Source: Psammoneis japonica (lineage: Eukaryota). Taken from it: a stretch of 64,000 nt of DNA. Under the pieces are notes generated by a model. That model did not search any database. It saw nothing but the letters and a program-made list of their open reading frames with translations, and was not told the origin of the DNA. The DNA lies in the NCBI GenBank assembly GCA_008632985.1, contig QPGO01000037.1:434001-498000 (forward strand), in the 5' to 3' direction. Shown here one piece after another: positions 11,601 through 21,082 of this stretch. A program made the position numbers and the translations under genes. Position 1 is the first letter of the stretch. Each line of letters begins with the position of its first letter.

Positions 11601-13673
11601 GGTGACAGAGGATTGCCACCAGCGCCAACTGGCCATGGGATGCCTTCCCAAAGCATGGCAGAGAGCAAAAAAATGGGACTTGAGTGGGGGGCAGAAGCAA
11701 CTGCAAAGAGGCTGAGAGGCACCAGTTCAAGGACATTTGGAGCAGGCTCAGAGGTTGCATCAAAGAACTCACCATCAGAGTTTGCGGACTTGTTGGGCAG
11801 TGATGGATCATCCAAAACATCATTGGAGCCCTCAGGAAGCATGGAGGACAGAAAGAGAATGATGGGTGGATTGTCTCAATCCAGGTTGTTGCAAGCATTG
11901 AAGCAGTCACTGCAATCCCCAGCATCCTCAGGCAAGTTCCACCACCTCAGACACAAAATTGCATTGCTCCCTCTGGGATGGCAGGACCAGCACAAATGAA
12001 AACACACATCTCAAAAGATCAGTGGCACTGGCACTGTCTCTCCACAATTGGGCAACAATGGAGCCCTGTCCAAACTGGCCCCTCCTTCGACAGCAGAGAA
12101 TCAAGGGATCACACACTGACCCCTTGAGAGAATCACCATCCTTGGACTTGGCATCAGGCTTGACAGCAGACATGGGGTTGGCATTGGTCTGAGCTGGAAG
12201 TTCAGCTTGCATGCCAGAGTTGAGATCAGCTGTGGAGGTGATGTTTGCACCCAGCAGCTGCTCCTTTTTTGGTGACTTGTTGGCACAGCCAGGATTGCTG
12301 TTGTGATCCCAGCAAGATCTGCCAGCTGGGTGTGTCAAGGAGGCTTGCCAGCCAACAACTGTTTTTGAGTGGGCAGCTTGTAGAACTGCACACCAAGTGA
12401 AGCTTGAGGACAGTCAATGGCAAATGTGCAGAAGACTTGTGACATTGTCATTTGAGAGGTGCAGCCCTTGATGGATGGGAGAGGCACAAAGAAAAGTCAA
12501 AGAAACTTGACCCAGGTTTGGAGTTGAAAAACAGTCTGACAATGGCAGGTCAAAACAATGAAACAATGCTCTTCCAGGACCATGCAGATCAACTCAGTGG
12601 TGGCACACAACAAACAAACACAGGGCTGAGGATTCTTGTTTTGACAATCACAGGAAATGCAGCAGCTCAACCACACGTGACATCGTCTGTTGTTGTGACT
12701 GGAGATTGATGCAGATTGAGAGACAATGAGACCAATCAAAAATGATGAATGAATTGCTCATTGGAGACTCCTTGAAAGGCGCTTCTGGTGGCGGGGTGGA
12801 ATGTGCACACTCCTTTGTTGTGAGGAAGCCGGGGCTCCCAGGAAGACACAGTGGTGTTGCTTTGCAATGCAACAGCAGGTTGCTCAAGGTTGCAACAGTG
12901 GTTGACATGAATGCAAAAGTTCTTGCTGGAGAAATCAAGTTGCTGCAAACTGAGCAGAGACCAGGCAATCATCATTTTTCTTGTCACAATTTTTGCAAGG
13001 AGAAAAAATGGATTTGATGCCAATCACATCAGACACCTGTTTGTGGCCCACATGTGGGCCGCAAATTTTTTTCAAATCTTCAATGACAGAGACAATTGAT
13101 GAACAGACCCTGCAGTTCAATTCTCCATGCCCGAAAACACAGGAATCAACACTTCATCTGTTGAGAAAGGCCCGCTGGTTGTTGTTGTGGCCTCTAAAGT
13201 GTGCTTGTGTTTTTGCCCAATTTTTTGCCATTTTCTCTCTCTGCCATGGCGGACCCTGCAACTGGCCCCACTGGGGAAGGATGTTCACTCCAACAACCTC
13301 AGATGCCTGACAACATTGTTGGGGAAATGCTCTCCATGTGTCAGAATTGCTTGCAGCAGGAACAGACATGACTTTTTTGCCTGTTCAAGACATGCCATGA
13401 AATAATTTGTTGCAGTCTGCTGCCAAAGCACCATCTGTTCCTGCACATGCCCCCCCCAAGTCTTCCTGTGGAGGCACCAGTGGCCAAGAGAGCTTGAGCA
13501 TGATTCAGCACTGCCAAACAAAAGTTGATTGTTTCTGATGTGAAGCACGCACATCCTCAACACCATCTTTTGATCACACTCTTGAGGCAATGTCAACCTG
13601 CATGCCACAACTGATTCAATGGCTGCTTTTGACATTGGCAAGTTTCAATTTTTAAGAAACATTCTTTGGACCT

Positions 13674-13791
13674 CCTTCACAACAGAAGCAGAAATGCCAG
13701 AGGTGTGACACAGCAATCTTCGTTGGCATGCCTTCACAACAGAACAAGCAGAAATGCCAAAAGTGAGACATGGCAATCTTCATTCTGCATG
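13674..13791 (+). repeat. Two-copy ~57-61 bp tandem duplication
   Basis: CCTTCACAACAGAAGCAGAAATGCCAGAGGTGTGACACAGCAATCTTCGTTGGCATG is followed at 13731 by CCTTCACAACAGAACAAGCAGAAATGCCAAAAGTGAGACATGGCAATCTTCATTCTGCATG. Confidence 0.85.
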
Positions 13792-16700
13792 CACACAATT
13801 GGACCACTGCATGATGATGGTTGCAGTGCTTGTGATGTTGTTTCACACTTCCTTGCCTGGGGTCCAAGCCGAGTTGTTCGTTGTGGCATGCCTGCCCATT
13901 GTTGACATGTGCTGGGCCATTTCGGTGCTTGGTGCCTGCTTGCCACAATGTTCAATGACTTGAACAGAACAGCAGCAAAAGATGACAACTGCAAAGGATG
14001 CATCATTTCATCATTGAGAAGGGTGTCGCTTGTTTTGAATCTCTGTTCTTTCATCATGCCAGCAGAGCTTTCAAGGTGATGCAGGCATGACACCAAAATG
14101 ACTGTGACTTTGATGCAATGACTCCCAATGCACATGTGTGGGCTTGAGGGTTTGGGGGGGAGCTGGGGCTCCCCAGTTTATTTCGTCTGGCAAGATGGGT
14201 CATGAGCCAATGCCATGGAGGATGATGTGCCTGTTGCGGATGACTCATCTGGCGAAAGCAACCGCCACTGGTTTTAGGCTGTGTGCCTCTTGCCTTGGTT
14301 CAGCTGTCTTCTGGTGAAGCCGGGCAGAGTCTTTTCTCTGCTGAGGAACTTGCTCAATGAGAATCAAGAGTTCTCTTGGACAAGATCATGCTCTCTCTCT
14401 CTTTCTTGCATGCTCAAAGCAGCTCAACACTTTCAAAACAGCCCAGTTTGTGTGATGACTTTCTCCAAAAACTGGGCCCCTGCTTTTTTTGTCAGGGGGA
14501 TTCCCCTTTTCACTGCAAAGTGCTCCACAATTTGCTCTTAAAAAGAAACAGTGAGAACAAAATCATTGTTCTTGTGACATCACACACTGGAAGCTGTGTG
14601 GAATGTGTGCATGACTCCTCAATGCACAACAGCTCAGGATTGTCATGCAGCACAGTGGTGTTGATTGTGTGCTGCCAGTCACAGCAACCAGCTCACACTC
14701 ACTTCCACCACACTTGTGCCCCCCCCCCCCTCTCAAGCAAATCTGCAATCTGCAAGTGCATGAATGGCTCAGTGCTGGAGACTGTGAGATGAATGAATTT
14801 TGTCCAGCACATTTCCATCTGAGAACTTCAGCTCTGAAGCTGGCAGCACCAGATGCACCCCAGTGCTCTGCCCACTTTCATGGGTGACCACATGTCAGCC
14901 AGAGGCTCCAACCTTCCATTCTTTGTTGGCATCACTTTGTTTGCATTGTTGGCTTTGTGCCATCAAGTGTTGGGTCTCTTGCCAGAAAGACATGAAAAGT
15001 GCTGGTGATGAAAGGATGAGATCTCCATCATTGCAAGTCCAGAGTCAATGATCTGAGTGCCAAAAGCTTTGGCCACTGCAGTTGCCATTGTTTTGTTCAG
15101 CCTGCTGTGCTTGTCACAATGACACATCACACATGTGCATTGTCTGCTGGCAGCAAACCAAACATTGTCAATGTGACACTTCCATCACAGAATGAGCACA
15201 CATGGTGCCAGTCTCTGAGAGTTGGTTTGATGACATTCACTGCCAGACACAGTGCATCTTCCATTGAGTTGGGTGTCACCACAAGTGTGAAAAAGAAATG
15301 GAGGATCTCTCTCAGAGCACACAACAAAACAGCTTTTCAGCCTCCTGACAGCTTGCAATGACACAAAGTTTGCCATGGACACAATGTTTTGAGACAAGAG
15401 GGAGCCAAAAGGAGAGTGTGTTGGCAGAGATCAACAAAGATGCCTTCGCAACTGTGGCAGGCCATGAAATGTCTTTTGACAAATGATGTCTGGAATGGGA
15501 CAGGGAACATCAAGATGCAGTTGAGAAATTAACTGTTGAAGGTGGGGACAAACGCCAACAAAAATGTGCATGAGGGCAAAAGCTGCATGCAGCACATCAT
15601 TCTGGCAAGAAACAACAAACAAAACATTCAATGGCATTGCCTTCAGATTCTCTTTGCCATGAGGAGCCATCTTCATTTCCTTTGAAAAGCAGCATTTGAT
15701 CTGCTGTGGAGTGCAAAAGCACTGCTCAAGGGAGAGCAGACAAAATTGTCATGTGCTTCTCACCTTTCAAAGGTCAAGGCACAGTCAGCAGCGTCGCACC
15801 CATCTTCTCCTGCACTTTCATCTTGAACAGGAGCGCCTTGGCCAGCTTCGTGGGAAACACATCAAGGGCTCAGCATGTGTGAGGGTTGGGGTTTCCTTGG
15901 ACAAAAATGAAAAATGTCTGCAAGGACAAACTCAAACTGTTTTTTTGGGTGCACTTTAAACTTGACTTGGAAACACCCCCAGTCTCAACTCAAGAGCTGA
16001 CTCCAACAACATTGTGGTCGACTTTTCCACCAGAGTGATTTTTTCATTGCCACACAGAGTCACAAAGGATTTCCTCATGTTGGTTTGAAATGAAACAGAT
16101 TTTTCATCATCTTTGATGGATTGTAGACAAGGCATCTTGTTCTGACAGGCTTTGACTGCAGGAACACAGAAAATGTTTGCTGTTTCTCTCTGTCTCCCGT
16201 GAAACTCAAGTTCTCTGAGTTCCAGCAACCTCTCAGCAGCTTTGCTTTTGAGCAAAAACTGTGATGAGGTTGGGTGTGGCTTTTCCAAGCTTGATGAGCA
16301 GTGATGTTGCCAATGTGACTCTGGCTGCTGGTGAGCTGCTCCAACACACAGTCGTGTTAACAGAGTTGTTGTTTTTTTCATCATCGCTTTTTTGTTTTGG
16401 TTTCTCCTTTGCAGGGGCCCCACACTTCTGCCTCAAAATGAGCAACTGGTGCCATGTCACACTCATTTGGGGACAGAAGATGGGAGCATCACATTGACAG
16501 CACTTGCTGCACACAGGCATTTCATCATCCTCAACCCCGGCATCACCTTGCCTTGAGGAGAGCGATGCACTGCCCTGAGAACAGCAGCAGCTCCATGATC
16601 TCTGTGTGGCTGCTCAATCTCAGCACCCACAGATTGGACTTGTTCAGACATCTGAGATGCTGTTGCAATAAGTGCTGTTGACTGACAAAAAGAGTGGCAG

Positions 16701-17412
16701 CAGCAGTGATCAAAGCCAGCACTTTGTTGTGCCCTTGCTTTGTCGTGTGCAGCACGTGTGCTGTTGAGATGCACCAGCACGTCTTTGTTTTCAGTTTGTG
16801 CCAGTGTTTCACACAGAATCCTCTCATCTTTTGACTGGATGATTTTTGGAGCAAGGCATGTTCAGAGTTGTGCTTTGGGACTTGGGCAAAGTGGATGATT
16901 CTTGGGGTGTGCATCATGCAATTTTCGGCAGATGGTGAGAAGAGCGACAGTTAAGAGACCAGCGGGAGGGGGTCGATTGCCTTTTGTTGCTCTCTGATGA
17001 CTCTTCTTCCTCCAGTGTCTGATGCACTCTTGGGTGAGCTCTCTGGTTGGTTGTGGCGTACAGCACAACGTTGATGAAAGAAAGGAATGAGCTTGTTTTG
17101 CGGCTCTGTCACATGGGGCGAGGTGCTCCTCATGCGGCAGATGACGACGAGACTGCTCACTCTCCTCGAGCGAGCGCGCCGAAAACAACGTGAAACAACC
17201 AGCCACGCACCTCGCGCAGGGGGGGGGGGGCACAGGGCACAGGGCACAGACCAAGTACTTACTTCTACCAGGTGCTGTACATAGACTACCGTACCGTACA
17301 GTACAGCGCATACATCGTCCGTTGAAACTGATCCGTTCAACGCTCGCTCTGCACAGTCGTTGGAAATCCCTCATCCCTCCAAACCTCACTCACAATTCTG
17401 TGAATCCTTCAC

Positions 17413-18016
17413 TAGGGTTTTCGATCGTAGGGAATTCCTTATTCGACCCTGAATTTCCTTAGATGAGGAAAGATGAGGAAACCAGATAAGGAAAAGTTAA
17501 TTATCGTGATTTACCACGTAGTTACAACTAACATGATCCTTTCATCTACTCTAGCGGTCGACGACTTGTCTCTAGAGTAGAGCCTGTAACTACTAATACA
17601 CTTCAACACACTACTGTACATTCAACGAGTAAGGTAGACGCCATTGGGCACCACAATCTTGGGTCCAAAGAGACAACATGCTTCCATGTTATCTTCCAGC
17701 CTGTTCTTTCCAATCGAGTCCACAACAAGCTCAAGCTGGGAGAAGAGACTTTCAACAGATGCACTTGTCAATAAGGAGCTCCTTGTGCTTTCTCTGGCTA
17801 TCCATACCCTCATTGTCCATCGTCGACAACGGCTCATCACGCACGACGAGTTCGTTCCGTGTGCTTTTTCGCTCATGGTAGCGCGCAGAAAACACGCGCA
17901 GCGTCACAGCTGACGTCATAATCTACGTAGGATTCTACGTGAATCTTAGTACAAAGATTTTTCCTTATCTTCTTCCTTGGGCTGACCACTTCCTTACCGT
18001 ACGATCGAAAACCCTA
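17413..18016. mobile_element. Non-autonomous hAT-superfamily DNA transposon (604 bp), recent insertion
   Basis: Perfect 17-bp TIRs TAGGGTTTTCGATCGTA (17413-17429) / TACGATCGAAAACCCTA (18000-18016). Perfect 8-bp TSD TCCTTCAC (17405-17412, 18017-18024). Subterminal TTCCTT(A)/AGGAAA repeats are present. Confidence 0.92.
17667..17768 (-). pseudogene. Remnant of a hAT transposase C-terminal dimerisation domain
   Basis: 'TSASVESLFSQLELVVDSIGKNRLEDNMEACCLF' resembles the hATC motif S-S-A-x-V-E-R-x-F-S and lies inside the hAT TIRs. Confidence 0.6.
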
Positions 18017-18308
18017 TCCTTCACTGTAACAGCTAAACTCTTTATCAGTCCAAATGCCCATGTAATGGTTGTCAACTAGTTCTGGCTGCTACTAGCCCGG
18101 TATGTCAACACACTCTCTCGCCTTCCCGCCTTCCCGCCTTTTGATGTTCCGCCAACAACACAAAAAATTTGGCCGAATGCGTGAAGCGTGCCGCGTGCCG
18201 CCCTCACAAATCAGTTTGTCTGCATTCACTCCATGCCTGTAGCTGGATTGTTGCTGTTGTTTGGCGAAGATTTGAGACTTTCACTACATTTCAAATCGGG
18301 AGAACATC

Positions 18309-20117
18309 ATGTTCATTGAGAAAGCCGAGGCGCTGAAGCAGGAAGGCAATGAGCTTTTTCGCTCAGAAAAATATGCGGCTGCTCTGAAGAAGTACAAGCA
18401 AGCGATCAAGCTTGACCCTTCCCGCGCCATCTACTGGAGCAATGCTGCATTCTGCCACGAGAAGATGCGGGAGCTTTCAGATTGGAAAGATGCTGCATCT
18501 CGATGCATAGAACTTGATCCGAGCTTCATCAAGGGATATTATAGATTGGCATCTGCTAAACATTTTCTACGTGAATTCGAAGACGAATTTGATGTTATCG
18601 AAAGAGGTCTTGCGATTGAACCAGAACATCCTGAACTCCTCCGGCTAAAGGAAAGAGTACAAGCCTGTCTCGAAGAACGAAAGCTGTACAAGAAAAAGAG
18701 AATTGTAGTTCCAGAGTCAGATCTCCCATTCCTCGTGGGGATACGAGAGGGTTGTCAGCCCTGCATACCATCGGGCACGGCGTACGCGCAATATCGTCGA
18801 CCCCGACTCCCGCCACCTGCTTCCAAGAAGGACTTGAAAGTTTCCAATGGTGAGAGAGCCAAAAAGGCATTTCAAACTTTTTACGACGGAGAGTTTGAAG
18901 TGGCATGGCTCGAAAATGAGGATTCTTTTGAATACGAGGCAGTTTTGCCTAACGATCCTGATCCTCACCCCGTCATTATATGGGAAATTTACGTAAGAAA
19001 AAAAACTCGACTTATATCGAGGCTCACCACAATGACAAATCAAACTTATCAAAGACTTCTAACTGGAGATCAGAAGAAAAGTCTCGCCTATCGCATCGCT
19101 CATCGAATTTTACGACAATATGGAGCTCATCTGCAATCGGAAACGGTGCGACGTGTCGTTGACTGCCTCGATGGCTTCTATCTCGAGAATCACTTATTCA
19201 AGGATAGCCTTGATCTTAAGTTGATCGCATCAGATATAGCTTGCAATAATCGCAGGTCAAATGCTCCACTCAAGGTTGTTTTCTTTGCCGAAGCTGTGGA
19301 GGCAGCCAAAAATTTCGAGAAAGCGGCACACATTTACCTCGATCTCGCGAACGGGAAGTTCGCAGCCTATCCTTCTGTCTTTGAAGAAAGAACACATGGA
19401 TATGCAGCATTGGCCTTTAAGCGTGCTGGAGATTACGTCAATGCGGAAGAACAGTATGTTGCATCCTTGCGGGCAGCTGGCAGCTGGCAACTGGATAGGA
19501 AATCAGAAGCTTACAAAAACCTGCAAAATATGATGATATTTTATGAGATTGCTCATCGTGCTGTATACTTCAAACTGAAACACGATTCTGCGCACCAAGC
19601 TATGCAGAATTCATGCTTTTTGTTGATCGGATTATTGTCTATTGCCGGGTTTGAGGGAAATGGTTGTACGCTGTTTGAAGACCCCGGGTGTTATCAAGAC
19701 CTCTTGAAACCTCGGTACAAGTGTCAACGAGAAGCTCTTCGAGCTGTAGTAGCTGCGACGCAAACTCCCAGCCTCCAGGAATATCACAGAATGCTTTTCA
19801 GCTATAAAGACAAGAGGATTGAATTATTTTTCATGCCGAGTGATAAACAGATCTGTATAGAAGATGAGCAACGGGAGTTTCGACGAGAACAAAAGGAGAA
19901 ATCAAAAGGAGGCGCGAGAGATCAACGATTTTCTTATGCGTATGTGCAACGAAGTCAAGACGTGCAACACTGTACCTTGTGCAGCACAACTGCTTCAGAT
20001 CAAGATGGTTCTCTAATGTTTTGTCCATGCCACACCGTTAGATATTGTTGCAAGGTGTGTCAAGTGAAAGATTGGCCACAACACAAAAGAGTTTGCCCCC
20101 ACCACAAGAAGAAGTAA
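18309..20117 (+). CDS. TPR-repeat + MYND zinc-finger protein (602 aa)
   Basis: N-terminal STI1-type TPRs ('AEALKQEGNELF...YKQAIKLDP...YWSNAA...GYYRLA') and a C-terminal MYND finger ('CTLC...CPCHTVRYCCKVCQVKDWPQHKRVC'). Uninterrupted ORF. Confidence 0.88.
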   Translation: MFIEKAEALKQEGNELFRSEKYAAALKKYKQAIKLDPSRAIYWSNAAFCHEKMRELSDWKDAASRCIELDPSFIKGYYRLASAKHFLREFEDEFDVIERGLAIEPEHPELLRLKERVQACLEERKLYKKKRIVVPESDLPFLVGIREGCQPCIPSGTAYAQYRRPRLPPPASKKDLKVSNGERAKKAFQTFYDGEFEVAWLENEDSFEYEAVLPNDPDPHPVIIWEIYVRKKTRLISRLTTMTNQTYQRLLTGDQKKSLAYRIAHRILRQYGAHLQSETVRRVVDCLDGFYLENHLFKDSLDLKLIASDIACNNRRSNAPLKVVFFAEAVEAAKNFEKAAHIYLDLANGKFAAYPSVFEERTHGYAALAFKRAGDYVNAEEQYVASLRAAGSWQLDRKSEAYKNLQNMMIFYEIAHRAVYFKLKHDSAHQAMQNSCFLLIGLLSIAGFEGNGCTLFEDPGCYQDLLKPRYKCQREALRAVVAATQTPSLQEYHRMLFSYKDKRIELFFMPSDKQICIEDEQREFRREQKEKSKGGARDQRFSYAYVQRSQDVQHCTLCSTTASDQDGSLMFCPCHTVRYCCKVCQVKDWPQHKRVCPHHKKK

Positions 20118-20247
20118 TCAAATTTTAGGTTTGGTTGCTCGTGAGAACAGCCCATCCCGAGAAAATGATAGTGTATTTCGCACAAGTCGAATAAAACATG
20201 GACACATTGTAAAACATTAAATCCGTCATGCAAAACATTTCTATAAT

Positions 20248-20457
20248 TTAGATTGTCTTGCGGTCAAGTCCCGGAGGCAAACTCTGAGTCAACTTATCGG
20301 CCTTTTCTGAATCCGTGACAACCAAAGTGTACAAATGGCGAGAGCATCGAATCTTGAATTTCGTTTGAGAATCACGCTTGCGGATCTTGACAAGCTTGGC
20401 ATCCTTACGGCGAGCCTTTTGCAAAAAGTCGCGAATGTCGGTAATTTGTTTCGGCAT
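20248..20457 (-). CDS. RPL38: 60S ribosomal protein L38 (eL38)
   Basis: '[21 protein letters not shown]...[33 protein letters not shown]' is the canonical eL38 sequence. A probable 5'-UTR intron lies at 20468-20745 (GTATGT...CACAG). Confidence 0.98.
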   Translation of the reverse strand: MPKQITDIRDFLQKARRKDAKLVKIRKRDSQTKFKIRCSRHLYTLVVTDSEKADKLTQSLPPGLDRKTI

Positions 20458-21082
20458 GATGTGTGGACTGTGAAAGGGAAAAAGACAAGAAAAGGTTCGT
20501 TTCGATTTTGTGAGACAACAGGTCGTAAGCCTAAATCACATAGACGCCAGAGTGCACGTCACGCGCGAGAAACAGGAAGTTGCTTCCGACAAGCGGCAAT
20601 GGCGTCGTTTCTGCTCCATGCACACCCGTTCGACCCTTTTCCAGTCATATGATCGGCTTCACTTATCAACCTTGAATACATTTCACATATCGTATAGTCA
20701 AATCACTGATTTCCAAACGCTCGTTCCCGCTGTCGATGAACATACCTTGACGTCTCCTTGCGTGAGAGATGTGCGAGGCGAAAGGCACAGATAATCGGTG
20801 AGACCCGTAGAACGTAGTATTCGATCTACGGCCACAGATTTTAGTAAGTGCTAATTGGCGGTAAAACACCCGGATTTTGCCCATCCTCACTCACCGCTCT
20901 CCACACTCTCCAGACGCTCACGTTTTCATGGAACAACAAAATAATCCGAGCGGAGCAACAGCTGAACTATAGAACACTCAGCATGATGCAATGACACCTG
21001 AAGAATTCCTATACGAAGCCTGATACAAGCGACAGTGCATTTCAAGACTCGCCAGTGGCGGGAACAAAAGCAGTGAGTCGTC

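Larger units (their letters stand above)
6962..17254. mobile_element. ~10.3 kb block of decayed, nested transposon/cargo DNA, TpA- and CpG-depleted
   Basis: No intact gene. ORFs are short, Cys/His-rich and almost Tyr-free. Reading by eye, 11322-12380 has no TA and only 3 CG. The block contains a piggyBac-like MITE and abuts a hAT element. Confidence 0.7.

Noticed and set aside
14147..14176. GGGTTTGGGGGGGAGCTGGGGCTCCCCAG hairpin as a Helitron or other element terminus
   Set aside because: It is a plausible stem-loop, but I found no matching partner end or diagnostic terminal motif.
7000..17200. Dozens of overlapping 60-220 aa ORFs on both strands (also 54.4-59.6 kb and 61.8-64 kb) as real genes
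   Set aside because: They are a by-product of TAA/TAG loss. They are Tyr-free and Cys/His-rich, with no intact domain.
14715..17234. TGTG-C12 (14715) and G12-CACA (17219) as terminal inverted repeats
   Set aside because: Similarity is limited to homopolymers plus 4 bp, and there is no TSD.
17413..17421. TAGGGTTTT as a telomeric repeat
   Set aside because: It is a single copy and forms the hAT TIR.
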